A stretch of DNA of 32,000 bases from Sulfolobus virus STSV1, in sequence record NC_006268.1; one strand, 5' to 3'. Made by a program: the position numbers and the translations under genes. The notes under the pieces were generated by a model, which ran no database searches, was not told where the DNA came from, and saw nothing but the letters and a program-made list of their open reading frames with translations. Positions 20,093 through 28,951 of this stretch are shown piece after piece. How positions within the stretch are numbered: position 1 is the first letter of the stretch; every line of letters starts with the position of its first letter.

Positions 20093-20633
20093 ACACTTAG
20101 AGAAATATCTTGGCTCAAATAATGAACCAATAATAAAAAAGCCTGGCTTTGACCCATTCCAACACTCTGTCGTAAGGAAATGGCATGAGTACTTTCTCAA
20201 TAACTGGTATTCCAAAAAAGAAAAAGAAATAGCGCTTTTACTGCCTTGCACATCAGTTAAGCCTTATAATAGGTCAGCTACTCATAAATTAGCATACTCG
20301 TTATTGAGGAAATATAAACTTGAGGATAAGGTTCAGGTTTACTCTGTCTCTGAGCCGATGTTGTTAGTCCCTAGAGAATTAGAGAACTGTTACCCTTTCA
20401 ATTCTTATGATTATCCCCCTTCTTTGATGACTGAAGAAGAAAAACAAGAGTTTATCAGACTACTTTCCATTGCCTTATCTCACATTCACAAGATTCATAA
20501 AAGAATAGTGGCAGTTTTGCCTAAGCATCATTACAAGATAGTTTATGAGGCTTCTAAAAACATCCCAATCGAACTTTATCCTTATGGCAAATTAGCTTTT
20601 AAAACGATAGCAAATGTTATAATGAAGATATGA
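20070..20633 (+). CDS. Stand-alone archaeosine synthase catalytic-core-like protein (DUF5591-type)
   Basis: Exact PC-x3-KPY-x2-S-x2-H motif, residues 59-72 (PCTSVKPYNRSATH, nt 20244-20285). Overlaps the DpdA-like ORF by 23 nt. Confidence 0.85.
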   Translation: MSYVESCEHLEKYLGSNNEPIIKKPGFDPFQHSVVRKWHEYFLNNWYSKKEKEIALLLPCTSVKPYNRSATHKLAYSLLRKYKLEDKVQVYSVSEPMLLVPRELENCYPFNSYDYPPSLMTEEEKQEFIRLLSIALSHIHKIHKRIVAVLPKHHYKIVYEASKNIPIELYPYGKLAFKTIANVIMKI

Positions 20634-20664
20634 ACAACTATAGACAATTCACCAATTTTATAGA

Positions 20665-20780
20665 AGCCCCTTTTTCCCCTTGTGTCTTTTGTTACTACCG
20701 TTTATATTTTCACGTAATTTTACGTATTTGACTATGAAGCTCATGGTAGAAAGTTTTATAAGCTTAAAGTGTCACAGTGA
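20665..20780 (+). promoter_or_regulatory. Class II promoter module
   Basis: cccctttttccccttgtgt...cacgtaattttacgtatttgactatgaagctcatggtagAAAGTTTTATAAGCTTAAA. Confidence 0.75.
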
Positions 20781-20794
20781 TAATCGGTGGGAAA

Positions 20795-21115
20795 ATGGCA
20801 GAAAACGAAACCATAAAACTTGTAACTTTCAGATGCGAAGATAGTCTGTTTTTAAAGCTTGAGGAAGAGGCTAAAAAAGCTAACACCACTAAAACGGCAA
20901 TTATAAAGGCTGCAGTGACACGGCTTTTACAGCACAGTATTGATGAGATAAGGGAGTTAAACAAAAGAACTCCGACCTATTCGGGCAAACGCGTAATCAC
21001 AATAATGCTTCCTGAGAGTCTTAACACACAACTAAATGCTATTGCAGAAAAAATAAGTACCAACAAGAGTGACTTGATAAGGACTGCGATAGTAGCTTAT
21101 TTCAAGATAGCATAA
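20795..21115 (+). CDS. Two-unit ribbon-helix-helix-like protein
   Basis: Units TFRCEDSLFLKLEEEAKKANTTKTAIIKAAVTRLL and TIMLPESLNTQLNAIAEKISTNKSDLIRTAIVAYF. Confidence 0.8.
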   Translation: MAENETIKLVTFRCEDSLFLKLEEEAKKANTTKTAIIKAAVTRLLQHSIDEIRELNKRTPTYSGKRVITIMLPESLNTQLNAIAEKISTNKSDLIRTAIVAYFKIA

Positions 21116-21127
21116 GAGGTGGCAAAG

Positions 21128-22213
21128 ATGGCATATTTACGCTTTCCAATGCGTATCTCTTTACTTAATAAAGTAAATGAAGAAGCTGCCCGCTTAAATG
21201 TAAAACGAACACTTTTGCTGAGAGCTGCAATTCACGCATTTATCGAAAACCCGCCAGAGACTATACAACCATTACCAACTCCAATCGGCGGATTTGGGCG
21301 AAAAGAATCAATAAAAGTTTTCTTAACATTGCCAAAAGACACTTTAGAAAAAATTCGTTCTTACGCTGCTGCAAGAGGACTATCAATAAGAAATGTAGCA
21401 GAGAAGGCAGTAGCTGATTTTCTTAACTTGTCTGATGAACAGAAACTAATTTATATAAATAAGGAGATGGAAAGACTTGCAGAGAAGAGAAAGGGAAAAA
21501 TAGACGAAGAGTCTACACTACAATTGCTAGAGCCCGAGGCTTCAAAAGATCCTTCTCTACTGGTTCCAACAAGTTTCAAATGTGTAGATGACTTACATAA
21601 GCTACTTGCAAAAGAGGCATGTGAAAGGGGAACAACTGCAAGTGAGCTCGTGAGAAGAGCTGTTGAAGAATTTTTGAAAAAATATGGCGATAACCTTGAG
21701 GAAATCAAAAAGCTATATGAGGTTGCTAAAGACCTGTATTATATGGAGGTTGAGGACAAAACTTGTACTTTAAAAATACCAGTGTATATGACAGTACAAT
21801 TAGCAAAAATAGCTAATAAGATGAATGTACCTAAGTCTGCATTAATTCGTCTTGCGATCGTGAAATATCTGAACCTGAGTGACACAAAGCCACAAAAACA
21901 CACAAAGCCACAAAAACACATAATCTTCAAATGTGCGGCTAGCCTTGTTTCAATGTTAGAAGAAAAGTCTAAAAAAGCTAACACCGCAAAAGCCGCAATT
22001 GTAAGGGAGGCAGTGAAACAACTTTTACAGCATAGTGCTGATGAGATAAGGGAGTTAAGCAGAAGAAATCCGGCTTGTTCAGCCGACTATCTAGTTTCCG
22101 TAATGCTTCCTGAGAGCCTTAATACTCAGCTAGATATTATTGCAGAAAAAGTAAGGACCACTAAGAACGATCTGATGAGGACTGCATTAGCAGTTTATTT
22201 TAGGCTAGTGTGA
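21128..22213 (+). CDS. Six-unit ribbon-helix-helix-like protein
   Basis: Six consecutive beta-strand + helix-turn-helix units (see finding); RBS AGAGGTG, ATG at 21128. Confidence 0.8.
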   Translation: MAYLRFPMRISLLNKVNEEAARLNVKRTLLLRAAIHAFIENPPETIQPLPTPIGGFGRKESIKVFLTLPKDTLEKIRSYAAARGLSIRNVAEKAVADFLNLSDEQKLIYINKEMERLAEKRKGKIDEESTLQLLEPEASKDPSLLVPTSFKCVDDLHKLLAKEACERGTTASELVRRAVEEFLKKYGDNLEEIKKLYEVAKDLYYMEVEDKTCTLKIPVYMTVQLAKIANKMNVPKSALIRLAIVKYLNLSDTKPQKHTKPQKHIIFKCAASLVSMLEEKSKKANTAKAAIVREAVKQLLQHSADEIRELSRRNPACSADYLVSVMLPESLNTQLDIIAEKVRTTKNDLMRTALAVYFRLV

Positions 22214-22225
22214 GAGGTAACGAAA

Positions 22226-23287
22226 ATGGCGTATTTACACTTATATCTACATAAATCTTTATTAAAGAAAGTAAAGAAAGAAGCATCACGTTTAAATGTA
22301 AAACGAAAACTTTTGATGAGTGCTGCAATTCAGGCATTTGTCGAAAATCCGCCAGAAACCATAAATCTACCGCCAGACTTGAATAACGGATTTGAACTAA
22401 CAATTGGCGTTACCTTAGAACTGCCTACCGATGTTGTAGAAAAGATTTATTCTTACGCTATGTCAAAAGGTCTTTCGGCAAAAAAAGTAGCGGAGATAGC
22501 GATAACTACTTTTCTTAGCCTTTCTGATGAACAGAAAATGATCTATATAGATAAGGAGATAAAAAGACTTGAAGAGAAGAGAAAGAGAAAACTAAGCGAA
22601 GAGCGCAAGTTTCAATTTCTGGAAAGTATTGCTTCAAAAGATCCTTCTCGATCAGTTCGAATAAGTTTCAATTGTGTAGATGACTTACATAAACTACTTG
22701 TAAAAGAGGCACATGTAAGAGGAACAACAGCGAGTGAACTTGTAAGAAGGGCTATTGAAGAATTTTTACAAAACTACTATAAGGGCAAGATAAAAATAAG
22801 AAAGCTGTATGAGGCTACTAAAGACTCGCATTATAGCAAAGCTGGGGGCAAAGTATATGACCTAAAAGTACCTACATATATGCTATTACATTTAATGGTA
22901 ATAGCTGATAATGTGAAGTTGTCTGTGGCTATGCTTATTCGTCTTGCCATTATGAGATATCTAAAGCTGGTTGACATAGAGCCACTAAAACAAGTAAGCT
23001 TCTCATGTGCGGCTAGTCTTATTTTAATGTTAGAGGAGGAGGTTAAAAAAACTAACACCGCAAGAGATGCAATTATAAAGGAGGCAGTGAAACAACTTTT
23101 ACAGCATAGTGTCGATGAGATAAGGGAGTTAAGTAGAGGAACTCCTCCCTATTCAAGCGGCTATGAAGTTTCCGTAAAGCTTCCTGAGAGCCTTATCACA
23201 CAACTAGATGCTATTGCAGAAAAAATAAGGACTAGTAGAAGCAACCTCATAAGAACTGCTTTAGCAGTTTATTTTAGGTTGGTATAA
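22226..23287 (+). CDS. Six-unit ribbon-helix-helix-like protein, paralog
   Basis: Collinear with 21128-22213 over all six units. Confidence 0.8.
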   Translation: MAYLHLYLHKSLLKKVKKEASRLNVKRKLLMSAAIQAFVENPPETINLPPDLNNGFELTIGVTLELPTDVVEKIYSYAMSKGLSAKKVAEIAITTFLSLSDEQKMIYIDKEIKRLEEKRKRKLSEERKFQFLESIASKDPSRSVRISFNCVDDLHKLLVKEAHVRGTTASELVRRAIEEFLQNYYKGKIKIRKLYEATKDSHYSKAGGKVYDLKVPTYMLLHLMVIADNVKLSVAMLIRLAIMRYLKLVDIEPLKQVSFSCAASLILMLEEEVKKTNTARDAIIKEAVKQLLQHSVDEIRELSRGTPPYSSGYEVSVKLPESLITQLDAIAEKIRTSRSNLIRTALAVYFRLV

Positions 23288-23298
23288 GGGTGGTAAAG

Positions 23299-24111
23299 AT
23301 GGCATATTTATGCTTTTCAATGCGCAACTCTCTACTTAACAAGGTAAATGAAGAAGCTACCCGCTTAAATGTAAAACGAACACTTTTAATGAAAGCTGCA
23401 ATTCAAGCGTTTATTGAAAACCCGCCACAAACCATAAAACCGTTACCAAATGCAATTGGTGGCTTTGGGCGAAAAGAGACAGCAAAAGTTTGTTTAGCAT
23501 TACCAAAAGATATCGTAGAAAAGATTTATTCTTATGCTATGTCAAAAGGCCTACCGGCGAGAAAAGTAGCGGAGAAGACAATAGCTGATTTTCTTAACTT
23601 GACTGATAAACAAAAACTAATTTATATAAATAATGAAATAAAAAGAGTTATAGAGAATAGGAAAAGAAAACTAGATAAAGAGCATTCGCTTCAATTACTG
23701 GAAAATATTGCTTCAAAAGAACCTTATCGGCTAGTTCCAATAAGTTTTAAATGTGTAGATGATCTACATAAACTACTTGCAAAAGAGGCACGTGAAAGAG
23801 GAATAACGGTAAGTGAGCTTGTAAGAAGGGCTATTGATGATCTTTTGCAGAAATATGGTAATAACTTTGAGAAAATCAAAAAGCTGTATGAGGCTGCTAA
23901 ACATCTGTATTATATCGAAGTTTCGGCTAAGGATTGTTCCTTAAAAGTGCCTGCATATATGCTATTACAGCTAACTAAAATAGCTGATAAGGTGAAGTTG
24001 CCTAGGACTATACTCATTCGCCTTGCAATTGTGAGATATCTGAACTTGGTTGACGTACATCAAGAGGTTATACAAAGTGTTAGCAGCGCAAACATAACAC
24101 TAGCAGCGTGA
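23299..24111 (+). CDS. Four-unit ribbon-helix-helix-like protein, paralog
   Basis: Collinear with units 1-4; ends after LVDVHQEVIQSVSSANITLAA. Confidence 0.8.
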   Translation: MAYLCFSMRNSLLNKVNEEATRLNVKRTLLMKAAIQAFIENPPQTIKPLPNAIGGFGRKETAKVCLALPKDIVEKIYSYAMSKGLPARKVAEKTIADFLNLTDKQKLIYINNEIKRVIENRKRKLDKEHSLQLLENIASKEPYRLVPISFKCVDDLHKLLAKEARERGITVSELVRRAIDDLLQKYGNNFEKIKKLYEAAKHLYYIEVSAKDCSLKVPAYMLLQLTKIADKVKLPRTILIRLAIVRYLNLVDVHQEVIQSVSSANITLAA

Positions 24112-24116
24112 TGTAA

Positions 24117-25361
24117 ATGAAGTCTCTTGAGTTCATTATTCCTAATGCCTTGTTCGATAAAATAAAAGAAGAAGCAGAACGACTTAATGTGACCGACAAG
24201 CTTTTGATTAAGGCAGCTATTATTACGTTTGCCGAAAACCCTTCAGACGCTATAAAACCACTATCATATAATTATAGCAAAAAAGACTTAACGAGAATTT
24301 ACTTATCAGTACCAAAAGATATTATTGAAAAGATTCGTCTTTACTCCAGTTCAAAAGGATTTTCAATTAGGAGAATAGTTTGGAGTATGGTAGATGATTT
24401 CCTTACTCTAGATGATGAGAAGAAAAAGTTCTATATAGACAAAGTAAAAAGAAGATTATCCAGGTTTAGAGATGATCAAAATCGTCTAACAAAACTACAA
24501 GAGGCTATAGCTTACGAAAATTTTAATGCGCCAATTTCAGCGAGTTTTAAATGTAATCCTCAGTTATACAAACTAATTGAGGATGAGGTAATAAAAAAAC
24601 GCACAACAATAAGTGATCTTGTAAGACAGGCTATTGAAGAGTTTCTGAAAAAGTATGGTAATAACTACGAGGAAATCAAAAAACTACATGAGACGGCTAA
24701 TCAATTATTTCCTGAAAAAGGTCCTTGGAAAGGGCGCGCTATAAAGTTGCCTGCGTATATGTTGCTTCAATTAACAAAGATTTCGGAGCAGACGTCAGTC
24801 CCCAGAAGCGCTATTATTCGCCTTGCAATTATGAAACACATGAATTTGTTAAATAAAAGCACCATAGAACAGCAGAAGGTTACAAGAAATGAAGTATTAA
24901 ACGATCCGCCAAATGACCCACCATCCAATGATCCCCCACAACAAAATAATAAAGACGAACTTGAGCAAGTAATACGTTTTGTTAATGTATCACTGCCAGA
25001 CCCACTTTATAATTTATTAAAGAAATATGTAATGCTTAAGTACAATATTGATGATGAAAGACAGATTAAGCTTGAAGTTAGTAAAATTGTTGCAAAAGTA
25101 TTGATACAATGGGCAAGGAGACGCTTCTTTAAGAGGCCTGATATTGAAACTTATGTGATATGGCAAAAGATTTTAGAAGAGCTAAAGACGAGCCTTTATC
25201 CTAGCCTGAGCAGAGGAACAGTGGTGAAGAAGCAGGATATTCAAGATGCAATGAAGGAAATAAAAGATGTTAAAAATATAACAGAGTTATTTGAAAAATT
25301 TAAGAGGCGTGGCTATCTAAAGGAAATCGATAAAGACAACGTTAAAATTCTACTCTTGTAA
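24117..25361 (+). CDS. Four-unit RHH-like protein with a C-terminal extension
   Basis: Units 1-4 conserved, then a proline/asparagine linker (NDPPNDPPSNDPPQQNNKDE) and a helical domain containing another VNVSLPDPLYNLLKKYV segment. Confidence 0.8.
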   Translation: MKSLEFIIPNALFDKIKEEAERLNVTDKLLIKAAIITFAENPSDAIKPLSYNYSKKDLTRIYLSVPKDIIEKIRLYSSSKGFSIRRIVWSMVDDFLTLDDEKKKFYIDKVKRRLSRFRDDQNRLTKLQEAIAYENFNAPISASFKCNPQLYKLIEDEVIKKRTTISDLVRQAIEEFLKKYGNNYEEIKKLHETANQLFPEKGPWKGRAIKLPAYMLLQLTKISEQTSVPRSAIIRLAIMKHMNLLNKSTIEQQKVTRNEVLNDPPNDPPSNDPPQQNNKDELEQVIRFVNVSLPDPLYNLLKKYVMLKYNIDDERQIKLEVSKIVAKVLIQWARRRFFKRPDIETYVIWQKILEELKTSLYPSLSRGTVVKKQDIQDAMKEIKDVKNITELFEKFKRRGYLKEIDKDNVKILLL

Positions 25362-25417
25362 GTTTTTCAGTAAAATTACAGAATTGTCATGTTAGTTCTA
25401 CAAATTTGTGGAAATCC

Positions 25418-25525
25418 CTTTTTCCCCTTGTGTTTTTGTGACTATCGTGTTAAATTAACATGTGACTTTACGTATTTGACTATGGAGTTTATGAGAGAAA
25501 GTTTTATAAGCTTAAATGAACACAA
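25418..25525 (+). promoter_or_regulatory. Class II promoter module
   Basis: cctttttccccttgtgtttttgtgactatcgtg...acatgtgactttacgtatttgactatggagtttatgagagAAAGTTTTATAAGCTTAAA. Confidence 0.75.
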
Positions 25526-25542
25526 TAATAATCGGTGAAAAA

Positions 25543-26343
25543 ATGTTTGAGATCCAATCCGAAAAAACACAACTCCACTTAAAGGCAAAAGAAAAGACTT
25601 TAGAAGACTTAGTATATTACACGTTAAGAAACAGCGTTACGTTATATAAGAAAGGCATATTGCCTTTCGCATTGTACAACTACAAAATAGATAGAATAAA
25701 GAAAGATATATCAAAGATTAATCAAACAACATATGCGATAACCTTAAGCGTAAGATTATATAACACTGCCAGCAAAGAAAAACTAAAAATAATGTTCACT
25801 TTCATTTTTGAAATAAATGCCGATCATAGCAGCGAGTACTTGTTTGACCCAGATGAGGCTGAAGATAGATTGTTGATAATAACAATGCCAGGCTTATCTC
25901 CACTAGTTTATGACTTCGCTGACTTTATCGAAAGGGCTGACTTTACCTACGATCCTCTAGCTTATGTTGAATCAAATAAAGAAGTTAAGGAGAATATGAT
26001 AAATGTAGCAATGAAGAAAGTAAAAAGATACACTATACCTATAGGCAATGAGGCCTTTATCGAGGCTGACGTGTTTTATGCAGAGAGGAAAATAGACTTA
26101 GCTGCTGCCAGTATGTTAGGAAGTAATAATTGGACACTTATAGAGAAAAAAGTTAATTTGGCTGATTATAATGATGATATACAGGCTGTGTTAAAGGCTT
26201 ATGCTGAAGAGTTGAATGAAACGCTTCACGACCTGATACGAAACGGAGAAACTAAAATATTTGCGATAAAATATAAAGATAAATTGACTATGCGCCTTAT
26301 AGCACCAGTTTCAAAAAAGGAAAACTACCTGTTTGCCACATAG
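25543..26343 (+). CDS. Conserved-looking protein of unknown function
   Basis: ORF; ATG at 25543 after CGGTGA; directly downstream of class II module. Confidence 0.8.
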   Translation: MFEIQSEKTQLHLKAKEKTLEDLVYYTLRNSVTLYKKGILPFALYNYKIDRIKKDISKINQTTYAITLSVRLYNTASKEKLKIMFTFIFEINADHSSEYLFDPDEAEDRLLIITMPGLSPLVYDFADFIERADFTYDPLAYVESNKEVKENMINVAMKKVKRYTIPIGNEAFIEADVFYAERKIDLAAASMLGSNNWTLIEKKVNLADYNDDIQAVLKAYAEELNETLHDLIRNGETKIFAIKYKDKLTMRLIAPVSKKENYLFAT

Positions 26344-26353
26344 GTGGCCCATC

Positions 26354-27334
26354 ATGCCTTACTTAACGTTTAGAATCCCACGCGGTCTAGTTGAAACAAT
26401 GAAAACACTTCAAGAGAAGCGACAAGAAACTCAAGACCTAATAGTCACTAGGGCCTTGGAGAAATTTTTTGAAAAATACAAAAATGAAAGCTTCAGAATT
26501 GCGCATCGAGAAGTAAAGAAATTAGAGCCAAAGCTTACTGCTGATTCGCCACCACTTGAGGATCTAGTTACTGTTTCATTGTCAGATGATATGGTAAAGA
26601 GGCTAAATGAATACATAGAAAAGAATAAAGTGAGCTCTAGGGATTTGGTTGTTTCTGCCGCGCTCACTGATTACCTTTATGATCTTACTATAAGAAGAAA
26701 GGAGAAAGCAGAAATTTCTTTTCCCGTCAGTAGCGAGATTTACAGAAAGCTCAAAAATATATTACAATTTACCTCAAAGGGTATGAAGGATATTGTGTCA
26801 GATGCCATAAAATGGTTTTTAGATAATTATGGGGACTATGACTTTGCTCATATAATTAAGAATAGGATAGAAAATGAGGATGAAGTGTACAAGGGAGATT
26901 CGGTCATTACGACAATGATACCGAGTCGCCTTAAGAGACGTCTTTATAATTATGCACATAAGAACGGAGTTCCAATGGTTATCGCATTTCGTGTTGCGAT
27001 AATTCTGTACTTAAAAAAGGTTGAGGAAGGTAAGATAAAGCTTAGTGAGGCTAAGAATGAGGAGGTAAAGCAAGATACGCAAAAGGAAAAACACATAAAC
27101 GAAATTGTTGAATCACTAGATAAATTGCAAAAAGAGCTTAAGGAACTAAAGGATAAAAAAGAAAGAAATGATTCACACGTTCGCCTAGTCAATACTAAAC
27201 TAGAGGTCATAAAATTAGGAATTAAGAGTGGCGCCGAGCCCGATGAGATTATGAATGTAGTAAAGACGCTTGACAAGATGGTGGATGAGGCAAAGGAAAA
27301 GAAGGAAACGTTAATAAAAGATAATAATTCGTGA
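26354..27334 (+). CDS. Four-unit RHH-like protein with C-terminal coiled coil
   Basis: Units LTFRIPRGLVETMK.., VTVSLSDDMVKRLNEYI.., ISFPVSSEIYRKLKNIL.., TTMIPSRLKRRLYNYAHKNG..; then Lys/Glu-rich heptads EIVESLDKLQKELKELKDKKER. Confidence 0.75.
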   Translation: MPYLTFRIPRGLVETMKTLQEKRQETQDLIVTRALEKFFEKYKNESFRIAHREVKKLEPKLTADSPPLEDLVTVSLSDDMVKRLNEYIEKNKVSSRDLVVSAALTDYLYDLTIRRKEKAEISFPVSSEIYRKLKNILQFTSKGMKDIVSDAIKWFLDNYGDYDFAHIIKNRIENEDEVYKGDSVITTMIPSRLKRRLYNYAHKNGVPMVIAFRVAIILYLKKVEEGKIKLSEAKNEEVKQDTQKEKHINEIVESLDKLQKELKELKDKKERNDSHVRLVNTKLEVIKLGIKSGAEPDEIMNVVKTLDKMVDEAKEKKETLIKDNNS

Positions 27335-27349
27335 TAAAAACCTTTCATA

Positions 27350-28756
27350 ATGAATCCGATTTTAAATTTCTTGAAAAACGCCAACATTCCTATTGTTTCC
27401 ATCATATCATCATTCATCTTCTTTGTTGTCGCTGCAAAGCTTTCAACCCCGGCATTTTTTGGGAAAGTAGCAATCATTCAGCTGTTTTCCACTGCGGTCT
27501 CATTGTTTGAACTAGTCAATACTTCTATTGTATCTCGAGAAATCGCATATCAACTTGCCAAAAACGAGATAGACAAGAAGTTCATAAGCACTGCAATTAT
27601 TACATCATTTTTAATCTCGCCGCTCTTTCTCGCCTTATTGGCCTTTTCTAATTATCTCAGATTTTTAATTCCTTATTTAATTCTATTTTTACTGTACCAC
27701 TACTTAACTGCAATCTTAATAGGCTTGAATAGGTTTACTGAAAACACGATTTCGTGGAGTGTATTTTTCATAATACGCTGGGGCGTATCAGTAATTGCAG
27801 TAATTTTTAACAGTATTTTACTCTTTATTGCAATCTGGACTCTCGCGGCATTAGTATGTGACATTTATTCATTTCTAATAGTGATAAAAAGCGTTTCCGG
27901 TTTGCCTTTCGCCTTTGATAAGGCCCTTTTCAAGAGATTAGTTAAAGAGAGTTATGCGCTTAACCTAAAGAGCATTGCTAGCTTTTTTAGTACCCAGGGT
28001 GATAGGCTAATAGTTGTCTCACTCCTAGGTACTTATTTTTTGGCTATTTACCAGTTCGCCGCATTATTGGCTGATGTGCCTGGAATGATCCTAAGAGCTG
28101 TTAACGATTCGGTTCTCGTTTCCTCTTCTTATTTCAAGGCTAAAGGCGCTGATGAGTTACGAATGAGTAGGTTAACGTTTAAGGCAGTGACAATTCTAAC
28201 ATTCGTAACCGCAATAGTATTTTTAGTATTAGTGCGCTTTTTAGTACCAGCATTTTTCCCTGCATACAAGGCCAGCTTAGATGCGCTTTCTATCCTTTCG
28301 CTTTCTTTTATTTTTTCTATACCATTTCTTGTTCTCACACAATTCATCATTTCGTACAAGAGAGATCTTAGGCTATTTACATTAATTTCTCTGATTGATG
28401 CTGTATTAGTTGTGTTAACATCTATTGCATTAGTTCCAAGGTTAGGAATCTTAGGCGCTGCCATTTCGCAATTGATTGTCGCAGTGGTTAATAACGTTTT
28501 GAATCTTCTTTATTCTCTGCATGTAAAGGTGTTTAAAGTTGGAAAGAAAGAGTTATTGCTGATGGCCATGATGCCAGTTATCTTTGCTTATGAACTATTT
28601 TTTGACAAAGCGTATTTCAGCGTGTTGCTATTATTTGCGCTGTTTGTCTTTCTTAAGCTAAGTAAAATTTTCAATAAGCACGAGAAGGATGTAATTATCC
28701 ATTTTGCTGGAAAAAAACTTAGTTTTACGAAAAGGATTTTTGAAGCGATTTTTTGA
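27350..28756 (+). CDS. Polysaccharide/oligosaccharide flippase-like multispanning membrane protein (Wzx/RfbX, MOP superfamily)
   Basis: 468 aa, about 12 hydrophobic segments; N-terminus typical of Wzx-type (..KLSTPAFFGKVAIIQLFSTAVSLFELVNTSIVSREIA..). Confidence 0.75.
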   Translation: MNPILNFLKNANIPIVSIISSFIFFVVAAKLSTPAFFGKVAIIQLFSTAVSLFELVNTSIVSREIAYQLAKNEIDKKFISTAIITSFLISPLFLALLAFSNYLRFLIPYLILFLLYHYLTAILIGLNRFTENTISWSVFFIIRWGVSVIAVIFNSILLFIAIWTLAALVCDIYSFLIVIKSVSGLPFAFDKALFKRLVKESYALNLKSIASFFSTQGDRLIVVSLLGTYFLAIYQFAALLADVPGMILRAVNDSVLVSSSYFKAKGADELRMSRLTFKAVTILTFVTAIVFLVLVRFLVPAFFPAYKASLDALSILSLSFIFSIPFLVLTQFIISYKRDLRLFTLISLIDAVLVVLTSIALVPRLGILGAAISQLIVAVVNNVLNLLYSLHVKVFKVGKKELLLMAMMPVIFAYELFFDKAYFSVLLLFALFVFLKLSKIFNKHEKDVIIHFAGKKLSFTKRIFEAIF

Positions 28757-28788
28757 TCAAAGTTTATTTCTCTCAAAGGAAGGAAATT

Positions 28789-28870
28789 TTGTTATCATAC
28801 GGCCCCAAGATAACAGAAGATCCGGTTACGAGGTTACCTTTTGACCGTGTCTAGGGAAGAAAGATAACAA
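28789..28870. other. Non-coding region with mutually exclusive hairpin arms
   Basis: tgttatc (28790-28796) can pair with gataaca at 28809-28815 or at 28863-28869. Confidence 0.4.
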
Positions 28871-28951
28871 AGAACGAATAAGCAAAAATCCCCTTAGTTT
28901 AGAATATTTTAAGCACAATAATTTTTTAATCGTGTTTTGCAATTTTACCAT

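Noticed and set aside
26950-27477. - strand ORF of 175 aa
   Set aside because: Antisense to a convincing RHH gene and flippase start; Ser/Phe-rich shadow composition like all other minus-strand ORFs here.
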